A stretch of DNA of 64,000 bases from an uncultured Aliishimia sp. (GCA_965656085.1 CBFHJA010000024.1:494-64493); one strand, 5' to 3'; positions 54,284 to 63,300 are shown, counted from the first letter of the stretch. Notes: a model not told the origin generated them from the sequence alone. Numbers and translations are program-made.

Positions 54284-54637
54284 AAGGTTAACGCAGCGCG
54301 CGTTGCGTCACGTGGCCGCCATGGAAAATCGTGATTTCAGGCGTTAACGCCATAAAAACAAGGTGTGGCAGGCGTATGGCCCGGCGTATGGCTGTGCGTA
54401 TGGCAAGCGTATGGCTCGTTTTCGATTCGTTCCGCGATTTGGAATGGTTAAGGCACCGTACGGTCTTCCAGCGTTAACCTTTGGAACATGGTGTCCCTCC
54501 CGGCAGATTGCCCAACCTACAGAATCCCACGTCGATCCACCGGGCGCCCCGCCCCTGTCTTCCTTTGGCCAAAAATATCTCGGAGAGCGCGAGAGGCAGA
54601 GCCTCTCGCACGCGCCGCAGGCGCGTTCCCTCCGAGC
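54284..54637 (+). repeat. mosaic intergenic repeat, copy D (best-preserved: TIR-bounded core 54286-54479, degenerate REP 54501-54520, T-run module and nested hairpins 54536-54637)
   Basis: GTTAAC at 54287, 54343 and 54473. GTATGGC at 54374, 54386, 54398 and 54409. CCCCTGTCTTCCTTTGGCCAAAAATATC, then nested hairpins ending 3 nt before the stop of the minus-strand gene. Confidence 0.92.
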
Positions 54638-54639
54638 TG

Positions 54640-55107
54640 TCAGTTCAAGTCAAACACCAGCCCATACGTGAAGGTCGCATCGACGCTTTGCCCGCCTGCG
54701 GGGATCGCCTGCACGAAGGCGTTGCGGTAGCGAAACTGCAGCCCCGCGATGGGCACGATATCGCCGATCGCATGGGCGAAGCGGTCGCCATCGCCGGGAT
54801 AAAGCGCGAGCGCTGCGAACACATCAATGCCCCAGTCCGGGCGCCGGGTCAGCGGGTAGGCGGCATTCACCGCGACTGAAAAGCCGTCATAACTGTTGCG
54901 GAAAGCGCCGAAGCCCAGATCGACCCGTCCGGACAGAGCCGCGCCGTGCCAGTTGACGAACACACCGGGATTGAATTCCTCAAGGCCAAGGCTGCTCTCG
55001 GCGCCCACATGGGAGGAGCCGAGCAGGACCGCGATGCTGTCCGGCCCGGCCGGAGCGGCGGCGGGAAGGAGCGAGAGTGCGCAGGCGCACAGCGTTCTGT
55101 GAAGCAT
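54640..55107 (-). CDS. hypothetical secreted/outer-membrane-like protein
   Basis: 155 aa with a signal-peptide-like N-terminus (MLHRTLCACALSLLPAAAPA). Its alternating hydrophobic pattern and aromatic-rich C-terminus suggest a small beta-barrel. No family recognised. Confidence 0.55.
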   Translation of the reverse strand: MLHRTLCACALSLLPAAAPAGPDSIAVLLGSSHVGAESSLGLEEFNPGVFVNWHGAALSGRVDLGFGAFRNSYDGFSVAVNAAYPLTRRPDWGIDVFAALALYPGDGDRFAHAIGDIVPIAGLQFRYRNAFVQAIPAGGQSVDATFTYGLVFDLN

Positions 55108-55139
55108 AAATTGTTTCCATTCTGCAGCGTCAGGCGTAT

Positions 55140-56390
55140 GTGCTGCGCATGAGCCTTACTCGTTCCATCGTAAAGCTGGAGGATGCCGGGACGCTGCCCG
55201 CGTGGCGGCGGCCGATCCCGCTGCTGTTCCTGATGGCGGCCTCCATGCCCATCGCGTTCTTCACATGGTATGTTCTGCTGGTCAATTTCGTCACCGAAGT
55301 GGCGGGGTTCGACGGGGGCGATTATGGCCTTTTGCACACGATCCGCGAGATTCCGGGCTTTCTCGCCATAGGGGTGATCTTCATCCTTCTGGTCATGCGC
55401 GAGCAGGTGCTCGGGCTGTCCTCGCTGATCCTTCTTGGCGCAGCGACCGCACTCACGGCGCAGTTCCCGAATATGGCGGGCATCCTGATCCTGACCTTCC
55501 TCAGTTCGGTCGGCTTTCACTACTACGAAACCGTGAACCAATCCTTGCAACTGCAATGGCTGCCCAAAGACCGCGCGCCGCAAATCCTCGGCTGGCTGCT
55601 GGCGACCGGCTCGGCGACGACCTTCCTTGTCTATGCCGCCGTGAAATTCCTCTGGGAGCCGCTTGGCCTCGATTACAACACGGTGTTCATGGTGGGCGGC
55701 GGCATGACGGCAGCGATTGCGGTCTTCGCGCTGGCGGCCTTTCCGCAATTCGAGAGCCCGCATCCGCAAGTGAAGACGATGGTGCTGCGCCGCCGCTACT
55801 GGCTCTATTACGCGCTGCAATTCATGTCCGGCGCGCGGCGTCAGATCTTCATGGTCTTCGCGGGCTTCATGATGGTCCAGAAATTCGGCTTCTCGGTCCC
55901 CGATATCGCCGCGCTCTACCTGATCAATCTCGGCATCAACATGGCCGTCGCGCCGCTTCTGGGCAAGATCGTGCACCGCTTCGGCGAGCGTCATGCGCTG
56001 ATGTTCGAATATGCAGGGCTGTTTGCCGTCTTCGTGCTCTACGCCGGGGTCTATCTTTTCGACTGGTCCTTCTGGGTCGCCGCCACGCTCTACGTGGTCG
56101 ATCACATCTTCTTTGGGCTGGCGCTGGCGCTGAAGACCTATTTCCAGAAGATTGGCGATCCGGGCGACATGGCGCCCACCGCCGCCGTGGCCTTCACGAT
56201 CAACCACATCGCGGCGGTGTTCCTGCCAGTGATGCTGGGGCTGCTCTGGCGCTCCTCGCCCGAGGCCGTGTTCTTCCTCGCGGCGGGTATGGCGGCCACC
56301 TCCTTTGCGCTGGCCACCTTCATTCCGCGCCATCCCGAGGCAGGACGGGAGACCACGCTCGCGTGGCCCATGCCAGCGCCCGCCGAATGA
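55140..56390 (+). CDS. MFS-type transporter
   Basis: 416 aa (GTG at 55140, or ATG at 55149) with about 12 predicted hydrophobic helices. TGA/ATG-overlapped with the following MATE gene. Confidence 0.7.
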   Translation: MLRMSLTRSIVKLEDAGTLPAWRRPIPLLFLMAASMPIAFFTWYVLLVNFVTEVAGFDGGDYGLLHTIREIPGFLAIGVIFILLVMREQVLGLSSLILLGAATALTAQFPNMAGILILTFLSSVGFHYYETVNQSLQLQWLPKDRAPQILGWLLATGSATTFLVYAAVKFLWEPLGLDYNTVFMVGGGMTAAIAVFALAAFPQFESPHPQVKTMVLRRRYWLYYALQFMSGARRQIFMVFAGFMMVQKFGFSVPDIAALYLINLGINMAVAPLLGKIVHRFGERHALMFEYAGLFAVFVLYAGVYLFDWSFWVAATLYVVDHIFFGLALALKTYFQKIGDPGDMAPTAAVAFTINHIAAVFLPVMLGLLWRSSPEAVFFLAAGMAATSFALATFIPRHPEAGRETTLAWPMPAPAE

Positions 56391-57802
56391 GTGTGGCTTC
56401 TGCGCCGGGAGATCAGGAACAGGGGCGGTTCCTGACCGGCTCGACCATGGGCCATGTGGTGCGCATGACCCTCACCGGGGCCTTCGGGATCACCTTCGTC
56501 TTTCTCGTCGATGCGATGAACCTCTTCTGGCTCAGCTTCACCGGCGAGGCGCAATATGTCGCCGCGATCGGGTTCGCCTATGCGATCCAGTTCTTCTCGG
56601 TCTCCTCGGGGATCGGGCTGATGATCGCGGGCACGGCGCTGATCAGCCGCGCCATCGGGCGGGGCAACCGGGCCGAGGCGCGCTCGCGGGCGGGGGCGGC
56701 GATGGTCATTGCGGCGGGGTTTCAGGTTTGCATTGCGACGCTCGTCTTTGTCTTCCGGCATGATCTGGTGGCGCTGGCGGGCGCAACGGGCGAGACCGCA
56801 CGGCTGGCGGCGCGCTATCTGGGGATTACGATCTATTCGCTCGTGCCCATGGTCATCGCGATGATGATGTCGGGCACGCTCCGGGCCGATGGCTATGGCG
56901 CGAAGGCGATGTATGTCACGCTTCTGTCGGGGCTGGTGCTGATGGTGATCGACCCGGTGCTGATCCTCTGGATGGGGCTGGGGCTGGATGGCGCGGCCTA
57001 TGGGCTGGTGATCTTCCGGTTCTTCCTCGTGGGCTTCGGGGTCTATTTCGCCGTGGTGCAGACGGGGCTGGTCGCGCGGCCTGACCGCGCGGCGGTGGTC
57101 GCGGCTTTTGTGCCCTTCATGGCCATCGCCATCCCCACCATCGCTACGCAGATGTCCACCCCGGCGGGCAACTACATCCTCACCATCGTGATGGCGCAGT
57201 TCGGCGATGACGCGGTGGGCGCGTGGGCGGTGGTCAGCCGCCTGACGGTGCTGGTCTTTGGCGGGATTTTCGCGCTCTCGGGAGCGATTGGTGGCATTTT
57301 CGGGCAGAATTACGGGGCCGGGCAATATGACCGGCTGCGCTCAACCTACCGGGACGCGATCAAGTTCTGCCTGATCTACTCGGCGGTGGCCTGGGCTCTG
57401 CTCGCCTCGGCCTCAGGGATCGTGGCGGATGCGTTCGGGCTGACGGGGCAGGGGCGGGAGGTGCTCTTTGCGTTCACCTCCGTGGGCGTGGGCGGGTTTA
57501 TCTTCGTGGGGATGCTGTTCGTGTCCAATGCTGCCTTCAACAATCTGGGCAAGCCGACGCGCTCGACGCTGGTGAACTGGACCAAGGACGGGGTGCTGAC
57601 CTACCCGGCGGCCGCCGGGCTGGCGCTGGTCTTCGGCGCGCCGGGGGTGATCTATGGGCAAGCCGTCGCGGGGTTCGTCGCGGGCTGCGGAGCGGTGCTC
57701 TGGGGCTGGTTCTATATTCGCGGCATTGGTGCCGAAGAGGAGCCGCTTGACGTCCCGCCTGCACGCCCCTACGCGAACCCGGACCGCTACCGCACGAGGT
57801 AA
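56387..57802 (+). CDS. MATE-family efflux transporter
   Basis: 471 aa starting MSVASAPGDQEQGRFLTGSTMGHVVRMTLTGAFGI.., a 12-TM MatE-like organisation. Confidence 0.75.
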   Translation: MSVASAPGDQEQGRFLTGSTMGHVVRMTLTGAFGITFVFLVDAMNLFWLSFTGEAQYVAAIGFAYAIQFFSVSSGIGLMIAGTALISRAIGRGNRAEARSRAGAAMVIAAGFQVCIATLVFVFRHDLVALAGATGETARLAARYLGITIYSLVPMVIAMMMSGTLRADGYGAKAMYVTLLSGLVLMVIDPVLILWMGLGLDGAAYGLVIFRFFLVGFGVYFAVVQTGLVARPDRAAVVAAFVPFMAIAIPTIATQMSTPAGNYILTIVMAQFGDDAVGAWAVVSRLTVLVFGGIFALSGAIGGIFGQNYGAGQYDRLRSTYRDAIKFCLIYSAVAWALLASASGIVADAFGLTGQGREVLFAFTSVGVGGFIFVGMLFVSNAAFNNLGKPTRSTLVNWTKDGVLTYPAAAGLALVFGAPGVIYGQAVAGFVAGCGAVLWGWFYIRGIGAEEEPLDVPPARPYANPDRYRTR

Positions 57803-57806
57803 CCCC

Positions 57807-58679
57807 ATGCCGACCTTTACCGCTCTGACCACCCTGACGGGCCGCGCGCCCGCCGAACGTCTTGGCGAGGCGCTGGAGGCGCTGGAGCCTGCTCCGACGG
57901 GAGTTGGGGTGTTCGAGGTCGAGGATGGCAGCGGGCTGTGGGAGGTCGGGGCCTATTTTACCGACCAGCCCGATGCGGTGGCGCTGGACCTTCTGGCGGC
58001 GGCCACAGGGGCAAAACCTTTCACGGTGTCTGAGCTGCCCGAAACCGACTGGGTCGCCCATGTGAAGCGCGAGTTGGCGCCTGTCGAGGCGGGGCGGTTT
58101 TTCGTCTATGGCGCGCATGATGCGGACAAGGTGCCCGAAGGCAGCGAGGCGCTTCTGATCGAAGCGGCGATGGCCTTTGGCACCGGGCACCACGGCACGA
58201 CGCTGGGCTGTTTGCGGGCGCTGGACCGGCTGCTGGAACAGGGCGTGCGGGCGCAGAACGTCGTCGATATCGGCTGCGGCACGGCGGTGCTGGCGATGGC
58301 GGCGGCGAAGGTCTGGCCCGAGGATGTGCTGGCCTCCGATATCGACCCGGTGGCGGTCGAGGTGGCGCTGGCCAACGCGGCGGCCAACGGTTTGGCGGGC
58401 CGCGTGCACTGCGTGGAGGCGGCAGGCTTCGACCATCCCGACTTGCGCGCCAAGGCACCGTTCGATCTGATCTTCGCCAACATCCTCAAGGGGCCGCTGA
58501 AGGCGCTGGCGGAGGATGTGAAGGCGCATCTGGCGCCGGGCGGGACCGCGATTCTGTCGGGCATTTTAGTCGAACAGGCCGAAGATATGATCGCGCATTA
58601 CGCCGGGTTCGGGATCAATCTGGCGCATCGGGAAGATATTGGTGACTGGACGGCGCTGACGTTAACCAACTCTGGGTAG
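57807..58679 (+). CDS. prmA: ribosomal protein L11 methyltransferase
   Basis: 290 aa with ..AFGTGHHGTTLGCL.. and the SAM motif VVDIGCGTAVLAMAA. Confidence 0.88.
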   Translation: MPTFTALTTLTGRAPAERLGEALEALEPAPTGVGVFEVEDGSGLWEVGAYFTDQPDAVALDLLAAATGAKPFTVSELPETDWVAHVKRELAPVEAGRFFVYGAHDADKVPEGSEALLIEAAMAFGTGHHGTTLGCLRALDRLLEQGVRAQNVVDIGCGTAVLAMAAAKVWPEDVLASDIDPVAVEVALANAAANGLAGRVHCVEAAGFDHPDLRAKAPFDLIFANILKGPLKALAEDVKAHLAPGGTAILSGILVEQAEDMIAHYAGFGINLAHREDIGDWTALTLTNSG

Positions 58680-58804
58680 AAGGGCCGAGTTTTCGCGGAA
58701 TTTTCGCGAAATGCCCCCTTTTTGACACAATTCCACGACACTCTCCTGAGACCGGCGGGGGCTGTGTGAGTTTGGTTGAGTTGAGTCAAGGGTCGAGACA
58801 TCCC

Positions 58805-59143
58805 ATGGATGAGAGCCAGCGCGATTTTGCCCAAAGGGTCGGGAGAGTGGTCAAGCGCCACCGCGCGATGCATGGCGGATACACTGCCACGCTGCGCGAC
58901 GACGGTCTGATCGTCGTCAGACCCTATCAGGTCCGGTTCAAGCTGCCGCTGCGTGGGTTCGTTTTGCTCATGGCCAGCTTCATGATCTTCAAAGGATTCC
59001 TGCTCGCCTATATGGGTCTGCCCGCCTACGAGGCGCGGCTGGACACGCTCGCTGCCGGGCAGTTCGGCACGGCGGGGGCGTGGATCATGGGGGTGGACCC
59101 GGTCACGGATGTGATCGCGAGGCTGTTCTCCTACATTCTGTAA
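58805..59143 (+). CDS. hypothetical small membrane protein
   Basis: 112 aa from the ATG (a GTG at 58766 would give 125 aa). One clear TM helix (LRGFVLLMASFMIFKGFLLAYMGL). No family recognised. Confidence 0.5.
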   Translation: MDESQRDFAQRVGRVVKRHRAMHGGYTATLRDDGLIVVRPYQVRFKLPLRGFVLLMASFMIFKGFLLAYMGLPAYEARLDTLAAGQFGTAGAWIMGVDPVTDVIARLFSYIL

Positions 59144-59160
59144 ACCTGCGACCTGCGCAA

Positions 59161-59183
59161 GGTGGGCGGATTGCCCAGCCTAC
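59161..59183. repeat. solo REP palindrome (degenerate)
   Basis: GGTGGGCGGATTGCCCAGCCTAC. Confidence 0.75.
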
Positions 59184-59288
59184 GGGCACCGCGCCCGGAT
59201 CACGTGCGGGGCGGGGTTTGTCATCCGACAGAGTCCCACCCAGCAATTCCGGACGCAAGGCGTTTGGAACACACGGCCTCTCGGGACA

Positions 59289-59325
59289 CAAAAAAGCCGC
59301 GCTCGGGATGCTTCCGAACGCGGCT
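59289..59325 (-). terminator. rho-independent terminator downstream of the DUF1127 gene
   Basis: On the minus strand: AGCCGCG..TCGG-loop-CCGA..CGCGGCT stem followed by TTTTTT (A-run 59290-59295 on the plus strand). Confidence 0.7.
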
Positions 59326-59366
59326 GGTTTGTTTCGAACGGACCCCGGCGTGGCGGGGCGCGTGTC

Positions 59367-59579
59367 TCAGAACGTTGACTTTGCGACGTTGTCGATGTCG
59401 CCGCGAACCAAACCGATATCCTCGAGTTCCCGGTCGCTGAGCGCGCTCAGCGTGTTACGGGTTACGCGGGCGTCGTTCCAGTCAACTACGGTGTTGACCA
59501 GAGCTGTCATCCATTTGCCCGGACGCATCGCAACAGATGCAGAACCGAAAGCGGTGCGGGTGGTGTCGATTGCAGCCAT
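59367..59579 (-). CDS. DUF1127 domain small protein
   Basis: 70 aa with C-terminal ..TRNTLSALSDRELEDIGLVRGDI.., the DUF1127 signature. AAAGGAA RBS. Confidence 0.8.
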   Translation of the reverse strand: MAAIDTTRTAFGSASVAMRPGKWMTALVNTVVDWNDARVTRNTLSALSDRELEDIGLVRGDIDNVAKSTF

Positions 59580-59636
59580 TGCAGCATTCCTTTTGTTACA
59601 CGTTGACCGGGGCGCCATTGCCTCCGGATACGGTCC

Positions 59637-59665
59637 ATCTAGGGGGTGCCTCATTTTCGGGCAAG
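59637..59665 (-). promoter_or_regulatory. possible sigma-32-family (RpoH-type) promoter for the DUF1127 gene
   Basis: Minus strand reads CTTG-N17-CCCTAGAT, about 58-86 nt upstream of the ATG. The comparison to an alphaproteobacterial RpoH consensus (CTTG-N16-18-CCTATNT-like) is from memory. Confidence 0.3.
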
Positions 59666-59962
59666 AGATGGAATTGCATGGGTGAGATGCAGTTTTTGCA
59701 TGGCTCTCGTCGGGTGGCGAAACCACGCTTAATTGTTTGATAAAAAGTTATTTTTCAGACGCGTGCGTGTCGAAAACAAGCGCTGTTCTGTCGCGATCAG
59801 ACCGCGCCATCGACGGCCGCTGCCCGGGTGTCGAAAACGTCCCCTGCCGTGCCGTTTCTGGCTGCGTCAGCCTGCCGCGCCAGCCCGGCAATCCGGGGGC
59901 AAAATCGAGCGGCAGAAATGTCACAAATCGCGTGTTTCGGCCCGCCTCCGCCCGCCCATCAT

Positions 59963-59977
59963 GTTCCACCTCCGTTC
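59963..59977 (+). promoter_or_regulatory. alphaproteobacterial LexA (SOS) box upstream of ruvC
   Basis: GTTCCACCTCCGTTC is an exact GTTC-N7-GTTC direct repeat, 71 bp upstream of the ruvC ATG. Confidence 0.55.
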
Positions 59978-60047
59978 TTTAGCGGTTGGCGGGGCCCGCG
60001 CATCGGTGCTAGGCTCTGCGCAAAACCTCACAAAGGCACGCGAGCAG

Positions 60048-60554
60048 ATGCGGGTATTGGGAATCGATCCGGGGCTTCGGAACCTCGGTTGGGGCGTGAT
60101 CGAGGCCGACGGGCCCCGGCTGCGGCACGTCGCCAACGGTGTCTGCCAGTCCAGCGGGACCGATCTTGCCGCCCGCCTGCTCTCGCTCCACAGCCAACTC
60201 ACCGAAATCGTTGCCCGCTACGTTCCCGCCTGCGCCGCCATCGAGCAGACCTTCGTCAACAAGGACGGCGCTGGCACGCTCAAGCTCGGGCAAGCCCGTG
60301 GCATCGCGCTTCTGGTGCCTGCGCAAGCCGGGCTGCCGGTGGGCGAGTATGCGCCCAACAAAGTCAAGAAAACCGTGGTCGGGGTCGGGCATGCCGACAA
60401 GGCGCAGGTGCTGCACATGGTCCGGTTGCAACTCCCCGGCGCCGAGATCAAAGGGCCCGATGCCGCCGACGCGCTCGCCATCGCCATCTGCCACGCCCAT
60501 CACGGCGGCGCGGCAGGCGGTCTGGCCGCAGCGGTGGCGAGGGCCGCAGGATGA
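60048..60554 (+). CDS. ruvC: crossover junction endodeoxyribonuclease RuvC
   Basis: 168 aa starting [19 protein letters not shown], with the ..AAIEQTFVN.. and ..[13 protein letters not shown].. catalytic acidic residues. Confidence 0.93.
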   Translation: MRVLGIDPGLRNLGWGVIEADGPRLRHVANGVCQSSGTDLAARLLSLHSQLTEIVARYVPACAAIEQTFVNKDGAGTLKLGQARGIALLVPAQAGLPVGEYAPNKVKKTVVGVGHADKAQVLHMVRLQLPGAEIKGPDAADALAIAICHAHHGGAAGGLAAAVARAAG

Positions 60555-61213
60555 TCGGCAAGCTCGAAGGGCGGCTCGACTACCGGGCCGAGGATCACGT
60601 CATGCTCACCGTGGGCGGGGTCGGCTATCTGGTCTTCTGCTCCGAGCGCACCCTCGCCGCGCTGCCGGGGGCGGGGGAGGCCGTCGCGCTCTACACCGAT
60701 CTTCTGGTGCGCGAGGACCTGCTGCAACTCTATGGCTTCACCACGCTCGCCGAGAAGGAATGGCACCGGCTGTTGATGAGCGTGCAAGGGATCGGTGCCA
60801 AGGCCTCGCTCGCCATTCTCGGTGCGCTCGGCACGGACGGGGTGAGCCGGGCGATTGCGCTCGGGGATTGGAACGCGGTCAAGGCCGCCAAAGGGGTCGG
60901 GCCGAAAATCGCGCAGCGCGTGGTGCTCGATCTGAAGGACAAGGCCCCGGCGGTGATGGCGATGGGGCAGGAGCCCGCGCTGCAACCGGCCGAACCGAGC
61001 GGCGGCAATGTGATCGAGGCGGTGATGGCCACCACGCAGCCCGCGCCGCCCAAAGGCAATGCACAGGGTGACGCGCTCTCGGCGCTTGGCAATCTCGGCT
61101 ATGCGCCATCTGAGGCCGCCGCCGCTGTCGCGCAGGCCGCAGGCGAGGCGCCGGAGGCCAGCGAGGCCGAACTGATCCGCGCCGCGCTCAAGCTGCTGGC
61201 GCCGAAAGGGTAG
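60551..61213 (+). CDS. ruvA: Holliday junction DNA helicase subunit RuvA
   Basis: 220 aa starting MIGKLEGRL.., with HhH motifs (..[13 protein letters not shown].., ..[12 protein letters not shown]..). ATGA-coupled to ruvC. Confidence 0.93.
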   Translation: MIGKLEGRLDYRAEDHVMLTVGGVGYLVFCSERTLAALPGAGEAVALYTDLLVREDLLQLYGFTTLAEKEWHRLLMSVQGIGAKASLAILGALGTDGVSRAIALGDWNAVKAAKGVGPKIAQRVVLDLKDKAPAVMAMGQEPALQPAEPSGGNVIEAVMATTQPAPPKGNAQGDALSALGNLGYAPSEAAAAVAQAAGEAPEASEAELIRAALKLLAPKG

Positions 61214-61216
61214 GGC

Positions 61217-62242
61217 ATGAGCGAGCCTGACCCCACCCTGCGCCCCGAGCCGATGCCCGAAGACCACGACCGCGCGCTGCGGCCGCAAGCGCTGTCGGAG
61301 TTCATCGGGCAGGCCGAGGCGCGCGCGAACCTCGCCGTGTTCATCCAGTCTGCCCGCCAGCGCGGCGAGGCGATGGACCACACGCTGTTCCACGGCCCGC
61401 CGGGTCTTGGCAAGACCACGCTGGCGCAGATCATGGCGCGCGAGCTTGGCGTGGGGTTCCGGATGACCTCGGGGCCGGTGCTCGCCAAGGCCGGGGATCT
61501 GGCGGCGATCCTGACCAATCTCGAAGCGCGGGATGTTCTTTTTATTGACGAAATTCATCGCCTTAACCCGGCGGTGGAAGAGGTGCTCTACCCGGCGATG
61601 GAGGATTATGAGCTTGATCTGGTGATTGGCGAGGGGCCAGCGGCGCGCACGGTGCGGATCGAATTGCAGCCTTTCACGCTGGTCGGCGCGACGACGCGGA
61701 TGGGGCTGCTGACGACGCCGCTGCGGGACCGGTTCGGCATTCCCACACGCCTGCAATTCTACACCGAGGACGAGCTTTTCGAGATCGTCACGCGCAACGC
61801 GCGCAAGCTCGGCGCGCCCGCCGATGAGGGCGGGGCGCGGGAGATTGCCAAGCGGGCGCGGGGCACGCCCCGGATTGCCGGGCGGCTCTTGCGCCGGGTG
61901 GTGGATTTTGCCGTGGTTGACGGTGACGGGACGGTGACGCGCCAGCTCGCCGATGCGGCGCTGACGCGGCTTGGCGTGGATGCGCTCGGGCTCGACGGGG
62001 CCGACCGGCGCTATCTGGGGCTGATGGCGGAGCATTATGGCGGCGGGCCGGTGGGGATCGAGACCCTGTCGGCGGCGCTGTCGGAGAGCCGGGACGCGCT
62101 GGAGGAGGTGATCGAGCCGTACCTGCTGCAACAGGGCCTGATCCAGCGCACCCCAAGGGGCAGGATGCTGGCGGCACGGGCGTGGCGGCATCTCGGACTC
62201 GATGCTCCAAAGGGGCCGGGGCAGAGCGATCTTTTCGGGTAA
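61217..62242 (+). CDS. ruvB: Holliday junction DNA helicase RuvB
   Basis: 341 aa AAA+ protein with [17 protein letters not shown] and the ..TRxGLLTxPLRDRFG.. sensor. Confidence 0.95.
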   Translation: MSEPDPTLRPEPMPEDHDRALRPQALSEFIGQAEARANLAVFIQSARQRGEAMDHTLFHGPPGLGKTTLAQIMARELGVGFRMTSGPVLAKAGDLAAILTNLEARDVLFIDEIHRLNPAVEEVLYPAMEDYELDLVIGEGPAARTVRIELQPFTLVGATTRMGLLTTPLRDRFGIPTRLQFYTEDELFEIVTRNARKLGAPADEGGAREIAKRARGTPRIAGRLLRRVVDFAVVDGDGTVTRQLADAALTRLGVDALGLDGADRRYLGLMAEHYGGGPVGIETLSAALSESRDALEEVIEPYLLQQGLIQRTPRGRMLAARAWRHLGLDAPKGPGQSDLFG

Positions 62243-62389
62243 CCGTCTGTTTTTATTTTAATTGTTGGATGCCTCCGGCGGGCGTTTATGGGCTAAGTGA
62301 AGCCGGGGCGGCTGTTCTTGCCTCGGCGTGGTGTTTCGGGGGCGGGCCTGTTAAAGGGCGTGCCGCATGGGAGAAACACGAGGGTCAGC

Positions 62390-63016
62390 ATGGATCGCGC
62401 GGCAGTCGAGCAGCTTTTCACACGGTCGGACGGGACCTATGCCTTCGCGCGCTGGGGACGGCCGCTGGCGCCTGTGGTGTTCGGGGTGGAGGAGCAGACG
62501 CTGGGCACGATCAAGGGCGCGATCGAGGCGGTCTGCCAACTGGCCGGGCACGAGACTGCCGAGACCGACCCCGAGCTTGGCGCGAATTTCATGTGGTTCT
62601 TCATGACCGACTGGGCGGAGCTTCTGGACGTGCCGAATATGGACCGGCTGGTGCCGGATCTTGCGCCGCTGGTGGAGCGGTTGCAGGCGGCGGACGCAAA
62701 CCAGTACCGCGTTTTTCGCTTTGATAATCAAGGCGCTATACAGGCCTGCTTCGTGTTTTTGCGCATGGATGCGCACCTCGGCGCGGTGCCTGCCGAGACC
62801 CTCGCGCTCAGTCAGGCAGTGCAGTCGATGCTGCTGTGGTCGGATGCCGCGTTCACCGAGGTCTCGCCGCTTGCGGTGGCCGACGGCACGACGGTTTTGC
62901 GCCCGGACATCGCCGGGGTGGTGCGCGCGGCCTACGATCCGGTGATGCCGGTGGCCGCCAGCGATCCGGCGCATGCGCTGCGCCTTGCTGCGCGGGTGGG
63001 TCGGCAGGTCCAATAG
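62390..63016 (+). CDS. hypothetical protein
   Basis: 208 aa from MDRAAVEQLF (GAGGG RBS). The ORF-track start at 62297 lacks an RBS. No family recognised. Confidence 0.55.
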   Translation: MDRAAVEQLFTRSDGTYAFARWGRPLAPVVFGVEEQTLGTIKGAIEAVCQLAGHETAETDPELGANFMWFFMTDWAELLDVPNMDRLVPDLAPLVERLQAADANQYRVFRFDNQGAIQACFVFLRMDAHLGAVPAETLALSQAVQSMLLWSDAAFTEVSPLAVADGTTVLRPDIAGVVRAAYDPVMPVAASDPAHALRLAARVGRQVQ

Positions 63017-63023
63017 GCGGGCA

Positions 63024-63300
63024 AAGGTTAACGCGGCGTGCGCAGGCGGGCGGGGTGAGAGGTCAAACTCCCCGAAATCCGGGTTAACGCCAGTAAAGCA
63101 AGGTGTGGCAGGCGTATGGCGCGGCGTATGGCTAAGCGTATGGCACTTGTATGGCTCGTTTTTGATTCGTTCGCGGGTTAAGGCAGCGTGCGGTGGGTCT
63201 GCGTTAATCTTTTGAGCAGGCTGGGCGGTGGTCCTCCCGGCAAATTGCGCACCCGACGGGGGCCGACGTCGATCCGCCGGGCGCGTTCCGCCGCTTGATC
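63024..63300 (+). repeat. mosaic intergenic repeat, copy E (core 63026-63209 with degenerate right end GCGTTAATC, degenerate REP 63237-63254, no T-run module)
   Basis: GTTAAC at 63027 and 63083. GTATGGC at 63114, 63126, 63138 and 63149, the same 12/12/11 spacing as copy D. Confidence 0.88.

Noticed and set aside
54372-54418. Regularly spaced short repeats (GTATGGC every 11-12 bp), considered as a possible CRISPR or mini-array.
   Set aside because: The units are 7-8 bp with 4-5-bp spacers, far too short for CRISPR. No cas genes are present, and the same array recurs in five places as part of a larger repeat.
59729-59743. CtrA box (TTAA-N7-TTAA) in TTAATTGTTTGATAA. The many GTTAAC sites in the mosaic repeats were also considered as CtrA half-sites.
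   Set aside because: The first has a mismatch in the second half-site. Within the repeats no two TTAA motifs have the required 7-bp spacing.
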